From an uncultured Verrucomicrobiae bacterium (GTDB taxonomy: Bacteria > Verrucomicrobiota > Verrucomicrobiia > Opitutales > Opitutaceae): DNA of 64,000 bases. The notes below the pieces were generated by a model. The model did not search any database and was not told the origin of the DNA. It was given only the letters and a program-made list of their open reading frames with translations. Shown in pieces: positions 27,980 to 36,701 of this stretch (position 1 is the stretch's first letter; every line of letters begins with the position of its first letter). The stretch lies in NCBI GenBank assembly GCA_963747795.1, contig CAVVGS010000016.1, positions 13,805 to 77,804 on the forward strand, given 5' to 3'. The translations under genes were made by a program, and so were the position numbers.

Positions 27980-29911
27980 ATGAATCCCGATCAATTCTGG
28001 TCCAGCCAGGACGGCCAGATCCTGTCGATCCGCAGCAAGGATGAGCGCACGGTTTCCCTGACACTTGCCTTTTGGCCCCGCCATCCGGCCGAGTTCGCCT
28101 TCATGAAGGAGCATCTGGGCGACTTCAAGTTCACCGAGCGAAGCTCGCTCGCGCGGATCGGCATCGAGATGCAGGTCCAGGGGCAGCCGGCCGTCGACGG
28201 CCATCGCCTGGCGCTGGAGGCCGACGCCTTCATCTACGACACGAGCTTTCCCAACGCCCCGTACTGGAAGAAGCTGCTGCGCCCCGGCACGCCGGTCGGG
28301 CGCCTGTTTTTCGCCCCTGCGGCGGCAAAGCTTTCGACCCAGGAAATCTGGACGGCGATCAAGGAGAACCGGATAAAGCTGCCCAACACGATCAGCATCG
28401 ACCACCGCGGCCGGGTCTTCCTCACCCCGCACCAGGTCAGCTACACGCTCAACCCGAAGCTGCAGCGCGTCAATTTCGAGCTGGTCGTGAGCGGCGACGC
28501 CGCGCGCAACTTCCTGGACAAGGTCCAGTTGCGCCATGACAGCACGCCCCTGACGATCCCGCCACGCTCGGGCATCCTGACGAGCTGCTCCATGTACCTG
28601 AGGGAGCACTATGTCGTCCTGAACCAGGGCGAGGGCAACTTCGGCATCCACACCGGCGCGGTGCTGCTCGACCCGATCAAGACCTTCGGCACGAATATCA
28701 TGCTGGAGATCTACAACACGGGCGACCAACCGGTCGTCAATCCGCTCGTTTCCCTCGAGATATTCCGGGCGCCGGCTTTCACCGACCCCGAATTCAAGAC
28801 CTTCGCCAAGCGCCGGCAACGGCTTCTCGCCACGACAAAGGAGCTTTTCACGAGCCTCGATCAGAACCCGCCCAAGGATTCGCCGGAAGTGCAGCCCAAG
28901 ATGCGCTTCGCGATCCGCGGCCAGAGCCCGTCCATGGAAAACCGGGCGATCTGCGTGAAGGCGAGCGACGACCTGAGGAATGTCGCCGCCGGGCTCGGCG
29001 GCGCGCCGGAAGGCGCCCAGTCGGCGCCCTGCGGGCACCGAACGATGTTCCAGGCGCTGGAGGAGGCCCCGGACAACGCCGACACGCTTCTAGTCGATTA
29101 TTTCCCTGACCTTCTCGAACACACCGAGCTGGTGACCCGGCTCGGCGACTTGGGTATCAAGCGGATCATCTTCCGCAAGGCCTCGCGCACACACGGCTAT
29201 TTCCTGTCCAGCAACTCCCATGCACGGCTCGACATCTTCGATGCGATCGGGCTCCAGACCTACTGGTACGACGAGCTGACAAACGACCTTTACGTGCACG
29301 TGTACAAGAAGGACCACGGCTTCTTCATCCGGGAGGAGATCGCCCGCCAGTTCCAGGAAACGACGATCCTCGCCTTCTACGGCTCGGCGGTCGGCCTGGA
29401 TCAGGCGGACACGGACCGCATCTCCGGGCTGGTCGAGAAGCTCACCACCTTCATCGGCGGAAACCTCGGCGTCCTGACAGGCGGAGGAGGGGGCGTGATG
29501 CGGCTTGCGACGGACCAGGCGCGGACCAAGGGGGCCCTTACCGGAGCGTGCTTTCTCGAGCTGGAGGCGCAGCCGCCCGAGCTCGGCGTCGATTTCTTCA
29601 ACACGTTCCAGGAGTCGTCGCGCCATTTCCGGCAAAAGTGGTTCGAGGTCGCCGACTTTTGCATCTTCAACGTCGGCGGCGTCGGGACCCTGGAGGAGAT
29701 CGGGATCGAGCTTTGCAATCTGAAGCTGGGCATCCGGCCCCGCGTTCCGTTCGTGTTCTTCAACGCGAAGTTCTTCGCCGACCTGCGCCGCCAGATCCGG
29801 CACATGATCCGCACAAAGCGCGCGCCCGCATGGATGGCCGAGTACATCCTGTTCACGGACGATCCGGAAGAAGTCGTGGCCTACTACCGCAGAAAGCTCC
29901 AGGTGCTGTGA
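27980..29911 (+). CDS. Fusion protein: tandem dCTP-deaminase/dUTPase-like N-terminal region plus C-terminal LOG (TIGR00730-like) nucleotide hydrolase domain
   Basis: [12 protein letters not shown]...[12 protein letters not shown] and later [14 protein letters not shown] resemble dCTP deaminase motifs (GRSSLARLG, LEF.N.G..P). The C-terminal domain has [11 protein letters not shown] and VGGVGTLEE, which are LOG-family motifs. Confidence 0.6.
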   Translation: MNPDQFWSSQDGQILSIRSKDERTVSLTLAFWPRHPAEFAFMKEHLGDFKFTERSSLARIGIEMQVQGQPAVDGHRLALEADAFIYDTSFPNAPYWKKLLRPGTPVGRLFFAPAAAKLSTQEIWTAIKENRIKLPNTISIDHRGRVFLTPHQVSYTLNPKLQRVNFELVVSGDAARNFLDKVQLRHDSTPLTIPPRSGILTSCSMYLREHYVVLNQGEGNFGIHTGAVLLDPIKTFGTNIMLEIYNTGDQPVVNPLVSLEIFRAPAFTDPEFKTFAKRRQRLLATTKELFTSLDQNPPKDSPEVQPKMRFAIRGQSPSMENRAICVKASDDLRNVAAGLGGAPEGAQSAPCGHRTMFQALEEAPDNADTLLVDYFPDLLEHTELVTRLGDLGIKRIIFRKASRTHGYFLSSNSHARLDIFDAIGLQTYWYDELTNDLYVHVYKKDHGFFIREEIARQFQETTILAFYGSAVGLDQADTDRISGLVEKLTTFIGGNLGVLTGGGGGVMRLATDQARTKGALTGACFLELEAQPPELGVDFFNTFQESSRHFRQKWFEVADFCIFNVGGVGTLEEIGIELCNLKLGIRPRVPFVFFNAKFFADLRRQIRHMIRTKRAPAWMAEYILFTDDPEEVVAYYRRKLQVL

Positions 29912-31218
29912 TGGAGGCCCCCGCCCTGCCCCGGACGGTCCTGGTCGTCGGCGCCGGCGGCCGCGAGCACGCGCTCGTCCGGGCGCTGGCCGCCTCGCCC
30001 GGGCGCCCCCGCATCCTTTGCGCGCCGGGCAACGCCGGCATCGCCGGGGATGCCGAGTGCTTTCCCGTGGGCGCCGATGACGTGGGCGGCCTTGTCGAAC
30101 TCGCGCGCCGCGAGGCGGCCGGTTTCGTCGTCATCGGACCCGAGGTGCCGCTCGCCCTTGGCCTGGCGGACGCCCTCCGCGCGGCCGGGATACCCGCTTA
30201 CGGCCCGGGCGCCGACGGCGCGCGGCTCGAGGCCTCGAAAATCTACACCAAGGAGATCCTCCTCAAGTACCGGATCCCGACGGCGCCGGCCGCGATTTTC
30301 GGTGATGAGGGGCGGGCGTGCGCCTGGGTGCGCTCCAGGCCGGCGCCGATCGTCGTCAAGGCCGACGGATTGGCGGCCGGAAAGGGCGTCGTGGTGGCGC
30401 AGACCCAGGCCGAGGCCGAGGAGGCGGTGCGCGCCCTGATCCGCCTGAAGCCCGCCGGGCTGGCGGCCGCGGGGCCGAACCGGATTCTCATCGAAGAGTG
30501 CCTGAACGGGGAGGAGACATCCATCCTAGTGGTCGTATCCGGCCGCGACTACGTCATCCTTCCGACAGCGCAGGACCACAAGCGGGCCGGCGATGGCGAC
30601 ACGGGCCCCAACACGGGCGGCATGGGCGCCTGCTCGCCGGCGGCGGTCGTGACACCCGCCCTCCTCGGTCGGATCGAGGCGGAGATCGTCCGGCCGTCCG
30701 TCGAGGGAATTGCCGACGAGGGAATCGATTTCCGGGGCACCCTCTTCATCGGGATCATGCTGACGGAAGGCGGCCCCAAGGTCCTCGAGTACAACACCCG
30801 TTTTGGAGACCCCGAGACGCAGGCCGTGCTGCCGCGCATGGCGACGGACCTTCTGGAGCTGCTCTGGGCGGCCGCGCAGCGCCGGCTTGCCGGATTTCGG
30901 CTCGAGGTCAGGCCCGAGCCGGCCATCTGCGTCGTGGTGGCGGCCCGGGGCTACCCGGGCTCGTACCCAAAGGGGGACAGGATAGGCATTCCGGCAAAGG
31001 GAGAACTTCCTCCCGGGACCGTAGTCCTGCACGCGGGCACGGCCCGGAGCCCTTCGGGCGATATCGTGACAAACGGCGGGCGTGTTTTGGGCGTCGTTTC
31101 AACCGGCCCGACCCTCAGGGCCGCCGCCGACCGGGCCTACCTCGCTTGCGGGCTGATCCAGTGCTCCTCGAAATTCTATCGCCGGGATATCGGCGCGCGG
31201 CAGATGGGCCTGGTATGA
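29911..31218 (+). CDS. purD: Phosphoribosylamine-glycine ligase
   Basis: [13 protein letters not shown] start and an ATP-grasp core through to the C-terminal domain. ATG 29911 overlaps the upstream stop by 1 nt. The 5' part of ORF 29548.. is out-of-context extension. Confidence 0.9.
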   Translation: MEAPALPRTVLVVGAGGREHALVRALAASPGRPRILCAPGNAGIAGDAECFPVGADDVGGLVELARREAAGFVVIGPEVPLALGLADALRAAGIPAYGPGADGARLEASKIYTKEILLKYRIPTAPAAIFGDEGRACAWVRSRPAPIVVKADGLAAGKGVVVAQTQAEAEEAVRALIRLKPAGLAAAGPNRILIEECLNGEETSILVVVSGRDYVILPTAQDHKRAGDGDTGPNTGGMGACSPAAVVTPALLGRIEAEIVRPSVEGIADEGIDFRGTLFIGIMLTEGGPKVLEYNTRFGDPETQAVLPRMATDLLELLWAAAQRRLAGFRLEVRPEPAICVVVAARGYPGSYPKGDRIGIPAKGELPPGTVVLHAGTARSPSGDIVTNGGRVLGVVSTGPTLRAAADRAYLACGLIQCSSKFYRRDIGARQMGLV

Positions 31219-31859
31219 AGACCCGCGCGATCCTCGCCCTGCTTTTGGCCGCCCTGGCGCCTTGCGCCGGCCGGGCCGCGCCGCTCGAACGCGATCTGGG
31301 CCAGGGTCTCGCCTACTTCCGCATCCACTCGATTCCAGCCGACCTTCCGTCCGGCGATTCGGCGCGCGGCAGGCCCTGCATTGTCGATTTGCGCTATGTT
31401 CGCGGCGACCGGGCCGCTTCGACGGCCCTGCTCTCCTGGCTCAAGACCCACGCGGGGCCGAAATTCCCCGTCTTTCTGCTCGCAAATCCCGGCACTGCCC
31501 CGGTTCTGCTCGTTCCGCTCAACTCGACCCGCGCGGTGCCGGACCTCGTGGTCCTCGGGCCCGCGGCGCGTGATTTTGAGCCCGACATCTCCGTGCCCGT
31601 CTCGCCGTCGGCGGAGCGGCGGGCGTACGACGCCCTGGAAAAGGGCGCTTCCATCGACTCCCTGGTCACCGAGCCGGTCGACAAGCCGCGCAACGACGAG
31701 GAGCGCCTGGACCGGGAGCACCTTTCGGACAGTGCCGTGGCGGACCAGGTGGACATCGGTCAGCCGGCGACGCCCCCGGCGGCACCCGCCCTGACAGACC
31801 CCGTCCTGCAGCGGGCCGTGCAGCTGCACCGGGCGCTCGTGGCGCTGAAGCGCCTGTAG
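31215..31859 (+). CDS. Secreted hypothetical protein
   Basis: Signal peptide [23 protein letters not shown]. Its ATG overlaps the purD stop (ATGA). No recognisable motif. Confidence 0.55.
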   Translation: MKTRAILALLLAALAPCAGRAAPLERDLGQGLAYFRIHSIPADLPSGDSARGRPCIVDLRYVRGDRAASTALLSWLKTHAGPKFPVFLLANPGTAPVLLVPLNSTRAVPDLVVLGPAARDFEPDISVPVSPSAERRAYDALEKGASIDSLVTEPVDKPRNDEERLDREHLSDSAVADQVDIGQPATPPAAPALTDPVLQRAVQLHRALVALKRL

Positions 31860-31932
31860 GTGAGGTTGCGGCTGGAAGGCGGGAAATTCCGGTTTTGCCT
31901 TTGGCTGGAAACCGTATCCCGTTGATCGACGG

Positions 31933-32409
31933 ATGCCAGCGAATGGACACATACTGGTCGTCTGCACGGCCAACATCTGCCGAAGCCCCATGGGCGCGGC
32001 GCTGCTGCGCCACGCCCTGGCGGCGGAGGACGGCCCCCTTCGCTCGGTTTCGGTGATTTCGGCCGGCGTTTCCGCGCGCGGCAGGGAGCCGGCCACTGAT
32101 CAATCTGTCATTGCGCTCAAGAAGGTGGGGATAGACCTGTCAAATCACGTCAGCCAGCCGCTCACCCAGGAACTGGTCAACGGCGCCATGGCGGTGATCT
32201 GCATGACCGATTCGCACAGGGCGATGGTCCGGCTGCTGGCCGATCCGGAGCCGAAGAACCTGATACTGTTCCGCGAGTTTGTGAAGGGCGGGGAGAGGGA
32301 AATCGCCGACCCCTATGGCTGTCCCCTGCCCGTTTACGAGGCCAGCCGCGACGAGATGGTGGAGGCCATCCCCTCGCTCGTCGATTTCCTCAGGACGCAG
32401 GTCAAGTGA
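31933..32409 (+). CDS. Low-molecular-weight protein-tyrosine phosphatase / ArsC-like
   Basis: VCTANICRSPMG CX5R(S) active-site loop near the N-terminus and a DP motif near the C-terminus. Confidence 0.85.
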   Translation: MPANGHILVVCTANICRSPMGAALLRHALAAEDGPLRSVSVISAGVSARGREPATDQSVIALKKVGIDLSNHVSQPLTQELVNGAMAVICMTDSHRAMVRLLADPEPKNLILFREFVKGGEREIADPYGCPLPVYEASRDEMVEAIPSLVDFLRTQVK

Positions 32410-32421
32410 TCAGTCGGTGAT

Positions 32422-32594
32422 GGTGCAGTTTGGCCAAAGAGGGTCCTGGAGGGGAGTTGCCGGCCTTATTCCCGCCTCTGTGGCCGGGAGAGACCCCATG
32501 GCAGAACCATGGGGTCTCCCAGGCCTGCATTGGCGGGAAGTCCGGGTCTTGGCCGGCTCCGACCCGAAAGGACCCTCTTTGGCCAAACTGTACC
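32422..32594 (-). repeat. Foldback element, divergent family member D
   Basis: Outer inverted repeat ggtgcagtttggccaaagagggtcc / ggaccctctttggccaaactgtacc. Its ends resemble the family (tggaggggagttgccggcc versus tgaggagttgcggcc in copy B). The apical hairpin differs (gagaccccatgg cagaa ccatggggtctc). Confidence 0.7.
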
Positions 32595-32651
32595 ACTGCT
32601 GATTAATCCTTGTTCTTCGCAACCGGCAGCCCTTATGGATAGGGTTCCATA

Positions 32652-33923
32652 ATGCCGATGCTCAACTCTTCGCCCCTTCACCTTGCCGATCCCGACGTCT
32701 ACGCGGCCATCGCAGCGGAGCTTGCCAGGCAGCAGACACACATAGAGCTGATCGCCTCCGAGAACTTCACCTACCCGGCGGTCCTGGAGGCCCAGGGGAG
32801 CATCCTGACGAACAAGTACGCGGAGGGCTATCCCGGAAGGCGCTGGTACGGCGGGTGCGAGCATGTGGACAAGGTGGAGCAGCTTGCGATCGACCGCGCA
32901 CGGCGCCTCTTCGGCGCCGAGCACGCCAACGTGCAGCCGCACTCGGGCTCGCAGGCCAATTACGCGGTTTATGCGAGCGTCCTGCAGCCCGGCGACAAGA
33001 TCCTCGCCATGAACCTGAGCCACGGCGGCCATCTGACCCACGGCAATGCGGCCAACTTCTCGGGCAAGCTGTACCAGGTCGTCGCCTACGGCGTCAGGGA
33101 GGACAACAACCTGATCGACTACGACGAGCTTGCGCAGGTCGCCATCCGCGAGAGGCCAAAGATGATCACGGTCGGCGCCAGCGCCTACTCGCGGACGATC
33201 GACTTCGCCCGGATGGGGGAGATCGCCCGCTCGGCCGGCGCATACCTTTTCGCCGACATCGCGCACATCGCCGGACTCGTGGCGACGGGCCATCATCCCT
33301 CCCCGGTGCCGCACGCCGATTTCGTGACGACGACGACGCACAAGACCCTCCGCGGCCCCCGCGGCGGCCTCATCCTCTGCCGTTCGGCGCACGCGAAGGC
33401 GGTGGACTCGGCAGTCTTCCCCGGCTCGCAGGGTGGCCCGCTCATGCACATCATCGCAGCGAAGGCTGTCTGCTTCGGCGAATGCCTGAAGCCCGAATTC
33501 AGGGATTACAGCGCGAGGATCATCCTCAATTCGAAGGCCCTCGCCGCCGCCATGGCGAAGCGCGGCTACAGGATCGTCACGGGCGGCACGGACAACCATC
33601 TGTTCCTGGTCGACCTCCGGGGGAACCTGCCGGAGCTCATAGCGAAGAAGGCGCAGGAGGCGCTGGACCTCGCCTACATCACGTGCAACAAGAACACTGT
33701 CCCCTTCGAGACCCGCTCGCCGTTCCAGGCCTCGGGGCTGCGCCTGGGGACTCCCGCCGTGACGACCCGGGGGCTCGGCGAGCCCGAGATGGAGGAGATC
33801 GCCTTCTGCATCGATTCGGTATGCAGGGCGATCGGAACCCCCGGCGAAGCCGACGCTGTCGCCTCGGTCGGAAAGCGCGCGCAGGCGCTGATGGCGCGTT
33901 TCCCCCTGCCTTACCGCCTTTGA
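32652..33923 (+). CDS. glyA: Serine hydroxymethyltransferase
   Basis: Full-length SHMT-like sequence including the [17 protein letters not shown]-lysine motif. Confidence 0.95.
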   Translation: MPMLNSSPLHLADPDVYAAIAAELARQQTHIELIASENFTYPAVLEAQGSILTNKYAEGYPGRRWYGGCEHVDKVEQLAIDRARRLFGAEHANVQPHSGSQANYAVYASVLQPGDKILAMNLSHGGHLTHGNAANFSGKLYQVVAYGVREDNNLIDYDELAQVAIRERPKMITVGASAYSRTIDFARMGEIARSAGAYLFADIAHIAGLVATGHHPSPVPHADFVTTTTHKTLRGPRGGLILCRSAHAKAVDSAVFPGSQGGPLMHIIAAKAVCFGECLKPEFRDYSARIILNSKALAAAMAKRGYRIVTGGTDNHLFLVDLRGNLPELIAKKAQEALDLAYITCNKNTVPFETRSPFQASGLRLGTPAVTTRGLGEPEMEEIAFCIDSVCRAIGTPGEADAVASVGKRAQALMARFPLPYRL

Positions 33924-33941
33924 ACCGCTCCCCCACCCGCC

Positions 33942-35276
33942 GTGCCTAAGCCTTTGTCTCCTCCGGCCCCCGCGCGGCCGCTCTCCCTCGGCGTCATTTT
34001 TCTGACGCTGTACATCGACCTGGTCGGCTTTTCCATCATCTTCCCGCTGGCGCCGAGTCTGATGGACTACTACCTGCGGGTGGACGGGCAGTCGGGAGTT
34101 CTCGGATGGCTGCAGGCCGAAAGCGGTGCGATCTCGCGGGCCCTCGGGCACGATCAGGGCTACGCCGCCGTGCTCTTGGGCGGGATCGTGATGTCGTTCT
34201 ATTCGATCCTTCAGTTCATCTTTTCGCCGGTCTGGGGGGGGCTTTCCGACCGCCACGGACGCCGCCCCGTCCTGCTGGCAACCGTCGCGGGGACGGCGGC
34301 TGGCTACCTGGTGTGGATTTTCAGCGGCTCGTTCTGGCTCTTTCTCGCGTCCCGCCTGGTGAGCGGAACGTTCAGCGGCAATCTTTCGGTTGCCACCGCC
34401 GCGGTGGCGGACGTGACCACTCGCCAGGAACGCTCGAAGGCGATGGGCATCGTCGGGGCGGCCTTCGGCCTTGGCCTGGTCACCGGCCCGGCCCTCGGCG
34501 GAATTGCCGCCGCCCTGCATCTGAATTTGCTCGCCTGGCATCCCGGCCTTGAGCGCTGGGGAGTGAATCCCTTCTCGGTTCCCGCCTTGATCGCGCTCTG
34601 CCTGTGCCTGCTGAACCAGTTCTGGGTTTACCGGCGCTTCAAGGAAACGCTTCCGCCCGAGGCCCGCGCCGGGTTGACGGACGAGCGCGTGCGCAATCCA
34701 CTGCGCGCGATCCTGCTGCTCGACGACGCCAACCTGCGCCGCACCAACATCGTCGCCTTCGTCTATTCGGTCGCCTTCGTCGCCCTGGAAACTTCGGTCA
34801 CATTTTTGGCCACCCAGCGCTTCAGCTACGGGGTGACGAGGAATACCGAACTGCTGGTTTGGCTCGGATTCTTCTCGATCCTCACCCAGGGCTATCTGGT
34901 GCGCAAGGTCCTAAAGCACATGGATGAGGTGAAGGTGCAGGCCCTCGGCTTGGCTCTCCTCGCGATCGGCCTGCTCGCCGTCGCCCTGGCCGCCCAAGTC
35001 TGGCTCCTGTACGCCGGTCTCGCGATCACCGCGGTCGGCTACGGCCTCGTCAATTCCTCCACGACGGGGCTGATCTCCCTCTACGCCAATGCGGCGGAGC
35101 AGGGCCGGTCCCTCGGAGTCTTCCGTTCCTTGGGTTCGCTCTGCCGGGCGATCACCCCCCTCCTGGCTGGCCTTGTCTTTTGGGGGTTGGGCGCAACGCC
35201 CCTCTTCATCGCCGCAGCGGTGCTGTGCGTGGCCTCCCTCTGGCTTGCCCGCCGGCTGCCGCAGCCGGCCAAGTGA
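33942..35276 (+). CDS. MFS transporter
   Basis: About 12 TM segments, with the GGLSDRHGRRPVL loop motif between TM2 and TM3. Confidence 0.85.
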   Translation: MPKPLSPPAPARPLSLGVIFLTLYIDLVGFSIIFPLAPSLMDYYLRVDGQSGVLGWLQAESGAISRALGHDQGYAAVLLGGIVMSFYSILQFIFSPVWGGLSDRHGRRPVLLATVAGTAAGYLVWIFSGSFWLFLASRLVSGTFSGNLSVATAAVADVTTRQERSKAMGIVGAAFGLGLVTGPALGGIAAALHLNLLAWHPGLERWGVNPFSVPALIALCLCLLNQFWVYRRFKETLPPEARAGLTDERVRNPLRAILLLDDANLRRTNIVAFVYSVAFVALETSVTFLATQRFSYGVTRNTELLVWLGFFSILTQGYLVRKVLKHMDEVKVQALGLALLAIGLLAVALAAQVWLLYAGLAITAVGYGLVNSSTTGLISLYANAAEQGRSLGVFRSLGSLCRAITPLLAGLVFWGLGATPLFIAAAVLCVASLWLARRLPQPAK

Positions 35277-35287
35277 ACTCCATCAAA

Positions 35288-36517
35288 ATGTCGCAGCTTG
35301 CTGCGAGATTTGGCCGCTGGCGGTCCATGGGTGGCTTCCGATTCTCGCAGATCCCGGTGATCGCCGTGTGCCTCCTCCTGACCGGTTGCCAGGCCCTTCG
35401 CCGCGAGCCTCCTAGGCCCGGAGGCACGCGCATCGGCTCGGGCGCGGTAACCCTGCCGGCGCAGATCCTCGGCAACACCCTGATCGTGGAGGCCAAGTGG
35501 GACCACTATGGTCCCTACCATTTCCTCATCGACACCGGCTCGTCGGTCACGCTCGTGACCCCTGACCTGGCAAGGCGGTACGCGGCGACGGACGCCCCGC
35601 CACCGGAAACGCCCGAGGTGAGGGTCCGTTCCTCGGACGGGTCGACCGCGGTGCTGCCGGCAGCCACGCTTGCGCGCATCGAGCTTGGGAGCGCGAGATT
35701 CACGACGGTGCCGGTCCTGGTCTACGACTGCAGCCCCATCTCGGAACAGCTCGGCCTCAAGATCGACGGCGTCCTCGGCTTCCCCTTCTTCCGCGAAACG
35801 CTGCTCACCCTTGACTATCCCCACGGCCGCGTGATCCTCCGGCGTTCCACCCCGGTGCCCCCCAACCTGCCGGGCTCCATTCTGCCGTTCAACAACGCCG
35901 AAAAGACTCCGATCATTTCGGTCCGGCTCGGGAGCCGGACATTGCCGGCCCTGGTCGACTCGGGCAGCGATGAGACCTTCAGCCTGAACCCCGCCGGCCT
36001 CGCGGCAAAATTCGCCTACGGCCCGACCGAAGGGCCGACGGTGGTGACGCTTACTGGCGACCGGCCCGAGCAGATCGGCCGGCTCGCCGACACCCTTTAC
36101 ATAGGCGACTACGCCGTACCGCGCCCCGTCATCGAGATTACCGACGAAGTGTCAGCCATGGGGGGCGGGGTCCTGAAATTCTTCACGGTGACCTTCGATC
36201 AGAATTTCGACCGGGTGACGTTCAACCGGGATTCGACCGACACCATCGCCGTGCCGGGCCGCCGCAGCACGGGCCTGAGCTTCGGAAAAACGCCCGCCTA
36301 TTGGCGCGTGGTCGGGGTCGTGCCCGGTTCACCGGCCGATGCGGCCAACGTGGAAACGGGCGATCTGGTCACGCGCATCAATGGCGAGCCGGTGGGTTCG
36401 TGGACCGCCCGGCGGTATGAGCAGCTTCTCGCCAACGCGGAGGATATCGCCGTCACATTCCTCAATGGGACGCAGGAGACGGTGAAGAGGCTGCAGGTCG
36501 TCGAACTGGTCCCGTAA
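35288..36517 (+). CDS. Retropepsin-like aspartyl protease with C-terminal PDZ domain (lipoprotein)
   Basis: Lipobox-like LLLTGC, two Asp motifs (LIDTGSS, LVDSGSD) and a PDZ-like GSPADAANVETGDLVTRINGEPV. The start is uncertain (ATG 35288). Confidence 0.7.
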   Translation: MSQLAARFGRWRSMGGFRFSQIPVIAVCLLLTGCQALRREPPRPGGTRIGSGAVTLPAQILGNTLIVEAKWDHYGPYHFLIDTGSSVTLVTPDLARRYAATDAPPPETPEVRVRSSDGSTAVLPAATLARIELGSARFTTVPVLVYDCSPISEQLGLKIDGVLGFPFFRETLLTLDYPHGRVILRRSTPVPPNLPGSILPFNNAEKTPIISVRLGSRTLPALVDSGSDETFSLNPAGLAAKFAYGPTEGPTVVTLTGDRPEQIGRLADTLYIGDYAVPRPVIEITDEVSAMGGGVLKFFTVTFDQNFDRVTFNRDSTDTIAVPGRRSTGLSFGKTPAYWRVVGVVPGSPADAANVETGDLVTRINGEPVGSWTARRYEQLLANAEDIAVTFLNGTQETVKRLQVVELVP

Positions 36518-36524
36518 GAACGGT

Positions 36525-36694
36525 TTTTGGTGCAGGCGAAGGGATATCCGCCTCGTCGGGTGCGACCAAGGCCCTGAGCCGCCGTCAAGACCGGCCGCCA
36601 AGGCAGCCGTCAGGTCTGACGGCAAGATGGCGGCCAAGAGACGTCGGCGGAGGTCGCAACTCCTCGGCCGGATTTCCCTTCGCCTGCACCAAAA
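36525..36694 (+). repeat. Foldback element, family copy C
   Basis: The core cctcgtcgggtgcgacc...ggtcgcaactcctcggc is enclosed by a ~26-nt inverted repeat, ttttggtgcaggcgaagggatatccg / cggatttcccttcgcctgcaccaaaa. It sits between two convergent genes, 7 nt past the stop of each. Confidence 0.85.
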
Positions 36695-36701
36695 TCAACC
36701 C

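Noticed and set aside
29548-29910. N-terminal extension of the purD ORF (556-aa version), plus similar long 5' extensions of ORFs at 30318, 35180, 37425, 43667, 45644, 56033-57829, 59440-61245 and 61485-63293
   Set aside because: The extensions overlap the preceding well-supported genes and are not protein-like. Internal starts give canonical N-termini, often with ATGA/GTGA coupling.
32410-32651. ZTP or THF-type riboswitch in the glyA leader
   Set aside because: I could not find the conserved pfl/ZTP or THF core sequences. The spacer is filled by a member of the dispersed foldback family instead.
32466-34541. 691-aa ORF on the minus strand
   Set aside because: It lies antisense to glyA and the MFS transporter and has low-complexity Arg/Gly/Pro composition, so it is a shadow ORF.
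36525-36694. Foldback elements as integron attC sites
   Set aside because: There are no RYYYAAC/GTTRRRY boundary boxes, no integron integrase, and the flanking genes are housekeeping genes rather than cassettes.
36525-36694. Copy C as a simple bidirectional Rho-independent terminator
   Set aside because: The T-run precedes and the A-run follows the hairpin on both strands, so they merely extend the stem. No U-tract follows the stem on either transcript. The structure is also far larger than an intrinsic terminator.
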